From: Chlorokybus atmophyticus
Lineage: Eukaryota; Plantae; Mesostigma and Chlorokybus algae
NCBI GenBank assembly: GCA_009103225.1
Contig: RHPI01002503.1
Coordinates: forward strand, 1,160,124-1,224,123
Length of the DNA: 64,000 nt
Direction: 5' to 3'
The notes under the pieces were generated by a model, which was not told where the DNA came from, ran no database searches, and worked only from the letters and a program-made list of their open reading frames with translations. Positions 1 to 10,634 of this stretch are shown here, in pieces. The translations under genes and the position numbers were made by a program. The first letter of the stretch is position 1, and each line of letters opens with the position of its first letter.

Positions 1-2900
1 GTGCAGCCAATACCACCTTGTCAGCCCCCATGGCTTCCCCTGCTCCATGCAGCCCACGGGCCATTGAGGTAAGTCGCTGTCTTTTATGCTCGTGCCTTGG
101 TAACAATGCGTCAGGCACTGCATAAGCTTATATTCGTCCTTTGCAACATTGTGAGCCATCTTATCCTGGGTCCTGTATACAGCCCCCCTTGCTGCATGCA
201 CAAGTGGTCTCACCTGCAGCTCCTGCTCCCCTCCCAGCCAGAGCGCAACCACCTTCCGCGGCACCAGTCCTTCGTGCACTGCCATCTCCTCCACGAGCAG
301 CACCGGTGATTGCGGGGCAACAATCCTTCTTGCCGCCACCGGCGAGACCACAGCACAATGCAACAACCGATGTGGCTTCTGCACCTACCTTACCCCACCC
401 GCTGCAAGTTGAAGCCGGCAGTCTGCCCCAAACTCAGGTACTTTATCAGTCACTGTGACTCTTGCCGTCCACAGTTGGACACACCATGTGAGTGCTGTAT
501 GCGCATGCAGCAGGGGTCACCACCTGCCAGCGAGTCATCAGAGGAGCTGGCCGCAACCCGCATACGGCCATCCGTCATGCTAGGTGGCCAGCTCGCTTCA
601 TGGGACCACTTCAATGCGCCAACGGATGGTAACTGCTTCTACCATTGTGTATTTCGCGCCAGGCCATCCATAGCGCAAAGTGTCCTGGATGATCACAAGT
701 GCCCCAGCTCGAGCAGATTTTGGGCCATGCTGGACACCATGGACGACGACGGCAGGGGGCACACTCTCCGCAAAATCACCGCCAAGGCTGTCGATGCAGG
801 CGTGGCGAGCAGAATCCTAGACTTCTGCAGAGCCACTGGTGCCGCGGGAGAGATGGCGCAGTATTACGACAAACTGCCTGCGACCATGTTGGCTGATATC
901 AACTGCAACATTGACCTAGCCATGGCCAAGGTGCGACAGATCGTGCGGAAAAAAAAATGTGTACGTCGAGCACCTGCAGATGACCATGTTTGCCAACAAG
1001 CTGGGCTTGTTAATTGGCTGCGTGACCGTTCAGCGCGAGCATGGGGAGTGGGTGCCACGGCCCGGCAGCGCAGTTTGGGTTGGAAATAAAGAAGCCCCCA
1101 ACTCAGTCCTGGTGGTGGGCAACACTGCTCCTAATGAGCCAGAAGCACACTTTTGGCTCCTCAAGCCTGCAAGCACCGAACAGTGGTCGTGGCCTATGTT
1201 TGAAGTGCCACCGGAGGTAACGCACCTGATCGGAGAGTGGCGGCATGACGTTGCCAATTTCCCGCTACCACCGGCTGTGACCCAAAGTGCTGCGCCAACC
1301 CCTCAGGCCTCGCCTTCGTGTGCTAGGCAAGAAGTAGCCGAGTGTTCTGCACATCCTGCCTCCCCTCAACCACAGCCACATGCTCGCAATCCCAATTCAG
1401 CACCCTCCCTTCCTGCCGCGGAGACTCACTTGCCACCGCACTCTGACCATCCGGAGGCATCTCCATCAAGAAGCAGCTGTAGCTCGCCCTCTCCCTCTAA
1501 GCTTGCCACATTGATCCCAGCCTGTCTTGTTGGTAAAGAGATTGATCGAGGTGTCCTGAAAGCTGCGCTGAAAGACAAAGGCTTCATGCTCGACCTCATG
1601 AAGCAACATGAGGTCGTGGAGGAACGGGAGGCAACCAACAAGCGCAAGGCTGTAGAGCAAGAAGATAACGCCTTACCTCCTCTGAGTGACAATGCCACGG
1701 AGAGCGCCTGCCAGGATGTGCAGGGTGACAAAAAAAAGAAGAAGAAGGTTGTTGGAACAAAGGACGCTGACAGGACCAAAAAAGGAAAGGTGAGGCATCG
1801 TTACAACATTAGAAGAAGCGCAGCGCCTTGAAGCCTCACTGGGGCTGACTGTGTGTCCTGAGTAGGCACAGGCGGGTTTACAGCGTCAAGTGGCTGCTCA
1901 GCATCGTCCAGAGAGACAGCCGGTGCGGCACGAGCTGCCTAAGCTCAAAGCACCGACGCGCAGACGCTTTGGGGGGCTGACTCGTAGTGCAAAGGAGTTG
2001 ATCACCCTACAGTACGCCCAAGACGCGCTGCATCACCGCATGCGGCATGCCTCGAGGTGGGTGACAAAAGTATGCAATAAGTGGGAGCAAACGCGGAGAG
2101 TGCGGTCTAAACAGACCTCAGAAGATTGGCCGTGGTTGGAACCCATACACGATATGGCCATCCGTAGTACGTTGTTGCCCCTCGCCGTCCTCGATATGAT
2201 GGTCTTGTTGCTGCCGCAGCAACCCGGCAATGTGCAAGAGCTATCCGCGGAGCAGAACTTCGACCTGCTGCAGCAGATGTACCTGTCGATGTCGACTAAT
2301 GCGGGTCGAGATGTGTGCCACTACCTGAGCAAACATACTGGGTGGCAAGTAAAACCATTCGAGCTGTACTTGGCATGCTTTGGCTGGCAGTGGCTGTATG
2401 TCATACGGCACGTCGAGCTGATTCTGTGGAAGCTCGAAGAAAATGACGATGCGGGGGAGTACACGAGTGACGACAGCCATGTCGAGGGCCTGGATGAACG
2501 CATGCTGGACGAGACCACCAAGACCAGCAGGTGGTGTATGGCGGCAGATGGGCGTCAGGTGATCGAGCAGGCAGTGGAGCGTTATGCTGCGCCATTCAGA
2601 TGGGAGTCGCTACGCCTGCGACGCGATAACAGAGTTTGGTGGCAGAGGCTGCTTGCACACCTGCGTGCACCATGTGTGCTGATTTGTCGCATTGAAGAGC
2701 CACCCCCCCCAGCGGATGGGGAGACGCCCTGTTGCAAGAAAGCGATGTGCCATGTCTGCATCATAGCACATCAGAAGACTGTGGCAAATAAATCAAAGAA
2801 TCTACAAGCGTGTCCATTCTGCAAGCAACCTCACCCGTTTTGGTCGCCACGCCTGATGCAAGACGCCAACGTGTCGGCGGTGATTTGGCCCCCGCCTTGA
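1..2900 (+). CDS. Predicted spliced OTU-like cysteine protease + C-terminal RING-finger protein (5' end outside window; 1-nt frameshift in an A9 run)
   Basis: Phase-0 compatible GT-AG exons <1-68, 183-437, 511-1789, 1884-2900. OTU catalytic motif DGNCFYH near 625-645. Removing one A from A9 (949-957) joins it to VYVEHLQMTMFANKLGLLIG...AHFWLL (OTU helix and His motif). Last exon ends in CVLIC..CCKKAMCHVC..CPFC (RING-like). Confidence 0.7.
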
Positions 2901-3383
2901 TGCCAATTGTGCATGTATTGTAGTTTTGTGTTGGCTTCCTGTGAACCATGTAGGTACATGTATAGTTGCAGCATGGTGCATGGTGCACCAGAGATCTGCT
3001 GTTGTTAGAAGCATTGGCTGTACATGTGTATGATGACTGCCCGGCGCATGAGTCAGTGCATGGCTTGCATACCTCGCTGGTTTAGAGCGTGGTTGACAGC
3101 AACAAACTCGGACAGCGCTCTGGGTTCCATGGCATGACAGCACAGTATTACTCTACGATCGTGGTAGTATGCGAGTATCCTTGTACTGTAGTACCATTAA
3201 CAGATAGAGTACCATTCATGTTGATGTAGTACCATGCATGGTACTGCAATAGCGTATAAGGTACTGTCGTGCTTCACTTGAAGTGTGACCCATTTAGGGT
3301 TCGTAAGCTGGCAACCCTAAATTGATGCCCATACCCTAAAGTCTCGCTCAGTTTGTGGGCAGCCGTGCCGATTCCTATTTTGC

Positions 3384-4123
3384 ATGATGTCGGCGGCAGC
3401 AGTTGAATCACCCTCACCTAGGAGACCATGCTTGGTGTGCCCACAATGCAATGCGTACGTATGTGCCAATGGCCGTAGGCAGCAAATGCGAGCACACTTG
3501 ACCGAATGCCAGCGAGTGCAGACAGTGTGCCACGGTTTTAGTGCTGCTTGCTGGCATCACACCACACACAATGTCGACGTGTTTGGCTGCCGCCTCGGCC
3601 AAGTGCTGTGCAAGGAACCCGAGTTTTTCCATTGCGTGCAGTGCGTGTGCGAATCGTGCTCGCGCTCATGCTTCGAGTGGCGAGGGGAACCCATGCGCTT
3701 CTTCACATGGACAACACCGGGACATGTGGTTAGTGGACAGGTGGTGGATGCTGTGGAGGTAATCCACAAGAGTGGACCGCGACGTATCACTGCATGTTAT
3801 GTTGGGCGTATGCTTATTTCATGCATGTTGAAGCTGTTGTCGCATTCAGAGCAGTCTTGCACGGTGTGGGCGTGGGCAGTTCCATCCCCTGGCTGCTGTA
3901 GAGGAGGCAAACCATCGACCGTTGGACAGCGCACTGCATCGGCTGCGGAACGCAGTTGAGTTGGGATGCGAGCAGCTGATCGGTGTGAGTGTCATGGTGC
4001 ATTGGCCGCTGAATGGGGAATGGTATGCGGGCGTTGTGGAATCATTCAAGCAAGCGTCAGGTCAGCATCGCTTTGTGGCGTGCGAGATTGAGGACGCATC
4101 ATATATGCATGGTGCAATGGAAA
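3384..4123 (+). CDS. Cys/His-rich zinc-finger protein with a PDS5/MSH6-type Tudor domain (3' end in gap)
   Basis: Exon 3384-3758 (CPQC..HLTEC plus further Cys clusters), phase-0 intron 3759-3849, then an exon containing LIGVSVMVHWPLNGEWYAGVVESFKQASG. This matches the plant Tudor pattern LVG.RI.VWWP.D..FY.G.V.SY. Confidence 0.65.
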
Positions 4124-4901
4124 NNNNNNNNNNNNNNNNNNNNNNNNNNNNNNNNNNNNNNNNNNNNNNNNNNNNNNNNNNNNNNNNNNNNNNNNNNNNN
4201 NNNNNNNNNNNNNNNNNNNNNNNNNNNNNNNNNNNNNNNNNNNNNNNNNNNNNNNNNNNNNNNNNNNNNNNNNNNNNNNNNNNNNNNNNNNNNNNNNNNN
4301 NNNNNNNNNNNNNNNNNNNNNNNNNNNNNNNNNNNNNNNNNNNNNNNNNNNNNNNNNNNNNNNNNNNNNNNNNNNNNNNNNNNNNNNNNNNNNNNNNNNN
4401 NNNNNNNNNNNNNNNNNNNNNNNNNNNNNNNNNNNNNNNNNNNNNNNNNNNNNNNNNNNNNNNNNNNNNNNNNNNNNNNNNNNNNNNNNNNNNNNNNNNN
4501 NNNNNNNNNNNNNNNNNNNNNNNNNNNNNNNNNNNNNNNNNNNNNNNNNNNNNNNNNNNNNNNNNNNNNNNNNNNNNNNNNNNNNNNNNNNNNNNNNNNN
4601 NNNNNNNNNNNNNNNNNNNNNNNNNNNNNNNNNNNNNNNNNNNNNNNNNNNNNNNNNNNNNNNNNNNNNNNNNNNNNNNNNNNNNNNNNNNNNNNNNNNN
4701 NNNNNNNNNNNNNNNNNNNNNNNNNNNNNNNNNNNNNNNNNNNNNNNNNNNNNNNNNNNNNNNNNNNNNNNNNNNNNNNNNNNNNNNNNNNNNNNNNNNN
4801 NNNNNNNNNNNNNNNNNNNNNNNNNNNNNNNNNNNNNNNNNNNNNNNNNNNNNNNNNNNNNNNNNNNNNNNNNNNNNNNNNNNNNNNNNNNNNNNNNNNN
4901 N
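4124..4901. other. Assembly gap (N run)
   Basis: Run of Ns seen directly. Confidence 1.
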
Positions 4902-7900
4902 AGAGTAGTGAGACAAGTACATGTGTCACGTGGAAGTGCAGTGAACGTTCACCCAATACAAGAGGGCGGCTGATAGCGCCCTCTTGTACACGGGCGCTAT
5001 CCTTGTCAAACATGGGGAGCAGCTGGACAATGCCTTTTACTTGCTCCAGAGTCACGACATCGAGATGTGGACCGCCTCGACGCTTTTCCCATTCCAGAGC
5101 GATGCACTTTGTGTCGCTCGTCACATCCAGCTTCGTGTACCAGCGGACAAACACGACCTCCTTCCACACGCGCTCGCCGCTACCACCCCACACCACCACG
5201 CGCAAAAAAAGGAGTGCCTGAGCCCACCACGTCACGTTCATACCGTCCTCATCACCTTCCAACTCAAGTGTAGAGAACCAAGGCCGCCCATAGAACATCC
5301 CAGTTGCGCGCGCCATGCTGACTCCTGATGTCATGTACACCGCTGCGCCTCCGTTCACCACGCGAACAGCACGCCACCCGTCGGCCAACTCCAGTTGTTC
5401 CCTCGTCAACCAGCTGTCCAGGGTGGCAGGCAGCTTGTCGGCAAATGGAGTCTTCAAGGCGACTTGGCGGCTACGCGCAGATCCGCTCCAGTACGGGCTG
5501 GACTCCCTCCTTGTCAGCACATCCATCCGTAGCAACTTGTCCGTCTTCTCCATGACATTACAGCACTGCTGCCGCGCCTGCGCCATGACCGAGCGCATCT
5601 CGGGATCCACGACCATGCCATCCTCTCTCACATATTCCGCACAGCTCCATGCCTTCAGGATACGTGCCTGGTAGTCCCGGTTGTTGCCACCACGCGCCCA
5701 CCGTTTGATATTTTGGGCGTGCGTCTGCTCCATGCGGTTGGCGCTGAACCAATCTGGGTGTCCACTGCTGACAATTGCCGGCCCAAAATGAGTGAGCTGA
5801 TGCATCTTCTCGATCTTCCAACCTGACTTCTGTGCAGAATATGACGACAGTAGCGGATGCAACACTGCAGCTTTGAAGGCAGCCAGCTCGTTGTCGGCTG
5901 TGGTCAGGGTCTCTCTTGTGTGTTCATGCGCCTTCAGCAACTTCTTGTTCCACTGGGCAAGCGATGCGGCAGCAATGGTGAAGAAATCGTTGCCCTTACT
6001 GTCGAGCAGCAAACCGTCTGCGAGGACCGGCAGCAACTGCAGCACCGCCACTTTCTCCACCACCTGAAAGGAGTGGTTGGACAGGAAGAAATCTACTGTG
6101 CTTGTGGGTGCCTTGAAGTGCGAAACCCGCAGAGTCGCCTTGCATGCATTCAGCCTGTGCACATCTGCTCGTGAGCACGTGTTGTTGGCTTTTGTGTTCA
6201 ACACAAAAGCAACACCAAAGACGTGCCTGGCCTGCAGAATCTGTCTCGTGGATGGACGCATTCGTTCCTTCGCGGCGTCGTACACAGCAGCAAGCAGGTG
6301 GTCAATGATGCCTCCCAGCACATGCATTGCGTCAGGGGCAAGACGAGAGTAGCAGTCAGCTCCCGGCACCCGCGACTGTCGCCAACCCCACAGTGCATTC
6401 TGTTGCCAAACCACATTGCCTGGTTTCACGGAAAGCCATTCATCCTCACGAGTGCCGGTAATTTGACCATTACCTCCTCGACATGCATGGAGTGCTGCTC
6501 TTTGAAAGCCTTGGCTGTCTGGCGTGCATTCATAACACCGCTATGCAGGTCCGCCCCCAGCTGACGTATTGCTGGTGTGTAGAAGGCCTCGGTTCTCAAT
6601 TTCCGGTCCTCATCCATCTCCAACAGATCTGATTTGGTGACGAGACAAACATCGCAAGGATGTCGTGTTTGGTTGCCCGACACAGTGCGTGCGAGTGTGG
6701 CAGTCTCCTACAACACGACAAACTCAGATGTTCTACTGACAACATCCTCCATGCACTGTTTGCTGGCAGGCTGCATCCGGTTACAACCATTCATGCCCAC
6801 TACCTGCAAATCGCTGATGTAGTTGGCAAGCGCGAGAAACACACGACGCTCGATGCCATTCGGGTCGATGAGCTGCAGACCTTCCCAACTCGCCCGCTTC
6901 ACATCCCCTAGCACTACATTCAAAGCGTCATGAAAAATCTCACAATTCCAAATGGAGAACGATTCCTTGCCCTGCGCCCAGGTGGGATGCCCGGCCACTG
7001 CGTGAACCACCGGCAGAAGCGCTATCATAACAACCCCCATGTTGCTAGCATACATGTCCCAACTGTAGTTGGCAAGCGATGCCATCAGAGGGTAGCCAGA
7101 GCGCTTGCCCGCGCTGTCCAGCGTGGTCTTGTCACTGTACAGAATGGCAGGCGCCAAGTAGGACGCTTCCCCCACCTCTCTCCTCAAATCCACCTCCACA
7201 TCCTTCCACCAATCGCCCGTGGAAGGATGGCCAAAGCTGTGCTCGTCACCAGTGTACTGGAGATTGAAGCCATTGGCGGCATGTGGATTGCCATACAACC
7301 GCGCGAGCCATACCTGCTCCGACCAAGAGCATTACTTACTATGCTGGCCTCAGAATAGATACTGCATCGATACTGCATTAGGTACTGCATTTCACAGACC
7401 TTGGCCGGCATATATGTGACGCAGATGTCCTGATCCTCAGGGTCTCCAGGCTTGCGCAGGTCAGCCGTCACGTAGTTCTGATACGGCAGCACACTCGCAT
7501 GTGCATATGTGACATGGCTCTGATGGTTGAAGCACATGCACCGCACACCGTGAACACACCTCAGACTGAGAGAAAGCAATCGTGGTCCGGAGGTAGCTGG
7601 CCGCATGCACACCGGTCTCCCACTGGAGCTCTTCCGTCAGGAAATGTGCATTTCGGATGCACTTGATGATCCGCCCCATGTCGGAGGCCGACAAGCCTTG
7701 GCCGTTGTTGCACTGCACGAATGCCACACGCAAGAGCATGCTCCGAGCCATACCACCTAAATTCCGACGCGTGCGAAGGGACGCCTCCATTTCCATGTTG
7801 GCGTGCCACAGGTTTCTCAGGCACACGCACACATCGAAAGCCCTCGTTCACTTCCTCCTCCTCCAGTTGCTGCTGTGCGTGTGTCTCCTGGAGGAATCCT

Positions 7901-8058
7901 TCAGCATCAAGCATGTGAGCATCCTGGATCGAACTCCCCGGTTCAACATGACCCGCATCGTACTGTAATGGACGCTGGCCGACATACAGCTTGATCTGCT
8001 TGCACACCCTGCTGCTGATAATGTGCATGTAGACCGAGCTGCGTGTGGCGAAGCGCAT
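4902..8058 (-). CDS. Plavaka (CACTA/EnSpm-related) DDE transposase, intron-containing
   Basis: Motifs GHPSTGDWW, LYSDKT..SAGKRSGYPLMASLAN, IFHDAL..L, LANYISDLQ, PCDVC, PDAMHVL, KMHQLTHF..I..SG, NRMEQTH and a C-terminal FVRWY domain, in Plavaka order. Exact N-terminal exons and stop are not resolved. Confidence 0.88.
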
Positions 8059-8248
8059 GCGGCAATACGGACAAAGGACTCCCGTATCTCACTACTGACG
8101 TCGACACAGGTGTCGCCAATGTAACCTGCATCATATCCAGCAACACGCACACCCGCCGCCGCCGCCGCCGCCGCCACCGCCACCGCCACCGCTACCGCTA
8201 CCGCTACCTGCCAGAGGCGGGAAACTTGGCCGCCAGTCACTGGCTCCG

Positions 8249-8441
8249 TCGTACCATTATAATGGTACGATCGAGCCATTGCACGTCCAGGGTGAGTCTC
8301 TGGATATATATTTATATATATATATATTCTGATTGAACCGTTTCAATGGTACGAAGATGCCTTTGCCAAAAGGTCTAGGCATTGTACAAAGGTACCATTG
8401 AACTGGTACCTTTGTACAATGGCAATGGCAGTTCGTACCAT
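8249..8441. repeat. Palindrome/foldback cluster with GTACCA..TGGTAC cores between divergent genes
   Basis: Perfect 22-bp palindrome TCGTACCATTATAATGGTACGA (8249-8270). Perfect 18-bp stem CATTGTACAAAGGTACCA/TGGTACCTTTGTACAATG (8380-8421), nested in an outer ATGGTACGAA/TTCGTACCAT stem. Confidence 0.9.
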
Positions 8442-8602
8442 CGACAACTCTGGCAATGTCAGTCCCCCTGCGCATGAAAACACCATTGATAGCTCCGCCA
8501 AGCTATGCCCTTACAGGGGCGTGATGCCGAGGGTATGTGGCGTTTGGAAGATCGTTGGCGGCGCTGCCAGGGGCGTAGTGGGCATTGTGGTCGAGGTCCG
8601 GG

Positions 8603-9458
8603 ATGAATTCCATGTTCGCACAGGGCGGGCAGGGTGCCGGAGGGGTGTCCTCGGTGTCAAACCCCACCAAGACTACCAAGGGCACATCCAATGACAACAG
8701 TGACTCGGGCGATATCTTACAGGGCTCCCCCTCCGAGTGGGCAAAGGCACACCACAATACTGCCTCTAAGAAAATCCGACCCAACAGCAGCTGCGACCAC
8801 GGCGACATGATTAAAGGGACCAAACAAGACTGGCATAACCAAGGTGGGCTACGATGCACTGTCAATGCCACATGCTAGGGTTCTTTTATCTTGCACATGC
8901 ACAGCCTCAAGTATCTTGCACTTGACATACATTGTCAATACGACATGCACACCCTCATGCACAACCTCCAGTGTCATGCACATGAACAGCATGACCAATC
9001 TCGCAAATGCACAGCCTATTTCTACTTGCGGGAGCTCACAAGTCGCAAAAGAGAAGCTGCGGAGTCAAACGAACGGGTAATCTATGACCTAGTTTAATGT
9101 TTCCAGAGGTAATTAAGCAGTATGCTTGCGGATTGCCATGTTGGTAAGAGTGAACCAAGAGCAGCGCGGCAGGCTGACTGTCTGCCTGGCGGAGTGCAAC
9201 AAAGCGGAAGACGAGGTAAGCGTGTGTATGCTGATGGGCTAGTCCTCTGGCAGCACGCCACTCTTACAGCATTACCAAATGCAGGTGGTCACTCTCAAAG
9301 CGACCATCAAGCGCATGCGCGTGCACGGCGAGGCGCTGACATTCAAGCTGAAGGACGAAGTAGCCGCTGTAATGTCAGCGAGCGAGGCAGCGGATGAAGA
9401 TGACTCCGGCGTTGAAGCAGAAGACTCGTCGGAGGAGGAACAGGAGGAGGGGGTTTGA
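8603..9458 (+). CDS. Hypothetical spliced protein with acidic C-terminus
   Basis: Plausible exons MNSMFAQGG..DWHNQ, ..RIAMLVRVNQEQRGRLTVCLAECNKAEDE|gtaag, and cag|VVTLKATIKRMRV..DEDDSGVEAEDSSEEEQEEGV-TGA. No family recognised. Confidence 0.4.
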
Positions 9459-10076
9459 GGAGGAGTTCTGAGGCAGGCACCACGGGTTGACAAGCTGCGC
9501 ATGAGTCCGACAGCTAGACTCAATGTTATAGGGTAGTTTCATGCGCAAGTCGGCTGCTCAGTTGTAAGTGGACATACTCTCACCACTGCCCGTACATTGT
9601 ATATATTGTGGGCTTTTAGGTGCAAGACCAAACAATCAGTCCAAGGTTTGTACAAGCTGCATGGCATGTTAGTGTTGGCTTCGGCAAGAATTGCCAACTT
9701 ATGTCAAATGGCAAGGGTCACATATTAACAGCAGTGTAACGGCAAAGAAACTGCCGGCTATTGCTGTCAGCTGTCCGTAACTACCGATCAACGGCCGTCT
9801 GTGCACATCGACCAAAGGGTAACTGGTTGACAACTCTCGGCCGGTTAGTGCCACTGACAACCACTTTCGGCCCGCGGCCGTCTGCGTCAGTCCACTTAAG
9901 CCAATGGCAAACCCAACAGTCCAAAAGTAATATTTTAGGCAGCAACAGGCAGGCTCAGGCAGGCTCAGGCACCAGTCAGTCCCTCAGTCCTTAGTCAGTC
10001 ACCGTGTAAAATTTGCGACGCAAAGCATACAACATCGAGACTCATCAAAATCCGCGGCTACCTCACACTCGGGTTC

Positions 10077-10560
10077 TGTCACGAATTGGGATAAATTGTG
10101 ACAGACCTCACTCATGGTAGTGTCTTTTACTAATATAGCACAATGGTCGGGCCCCAATTGTTTCAATGGTAACGGAGCTTGACATCTCAGGTTTAATTCT
10201 CGTAGGGGACTGAGGCAGATTCACGGCAAAAACATTTAGGGCGGCTTGCCTTAGGCTGGGCGCGGGATCACGACCTGCGCGCCAAGCCAGTTCAACTCAA
10301 GGCCGCGTGAGCGGTCGCGCGGTGAGGATGGCCGTTCGGTCGGTCAGGATCGTTCGTGGGCCGGATCCAACAGGCTGCGGGCAGACCGATCGTGGTATGG
10401 CCGCGAACACGGCGATGTGAGCTAGTGCCTCATTGGATTATGAGGAACTCATGGGTTAAATTGGGGAGGAATATCATGAATTGGGATAAATTGTGACAGA
10501 CCTCACTCATGGTAGTGTCTTTTACTACTATAGCCTAGTGGTCGGGCCCCAATGGTTACA
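10077..10560 (+). mobile_element. TRIM-A (terminal-repeat retrotransposon in miniature), 484 bp
   Basis: 89-bp LTRs at 10077-10165 and 10472-10560 (TG..CA, about 8 mismatches). PBS TGGTAACGGAGC at 10167-10178, purine tract GGGGAGGAA before the 3' LTR, 5-bp TSD GGTTC on both sides, no coding capacity. Confidence 0.92.
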
Positions 10561-10634
10561 GGTTCACTCGTTAATTAAACCAAAACCTCTAACACTACAC
10601 TCCCTCCCCGTCAGTTAGTCATGCATGCCTACGT

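Larger units (their letters stand above)
1..10006 (-). mobile_element. Putative large Plavaka-type DNA transposon with cargo genes (left end outside window)
   Basis: Transposase plus flanking non-housekeeping genes. A candidate terminus reads CACGGTGACTGACTAAGG.. on the minus strand at 10006, followed by clustered short subterminal repeats (GACTGA, GCCTGAGCCT). No second TIR or TSD is visible. Confidence 0.5.

Noticed and set aside
3293-3340. Interstitial telomere
   Set aside because: Only three isolated heptamers in mixed orientation; treated as possible telo-boxes
3922-4922. Long ORFs of 286-776 aa spanning poly-X
   Set aside because: Their length comes from translating through the N gap; only the flanking real sequence was interpreted
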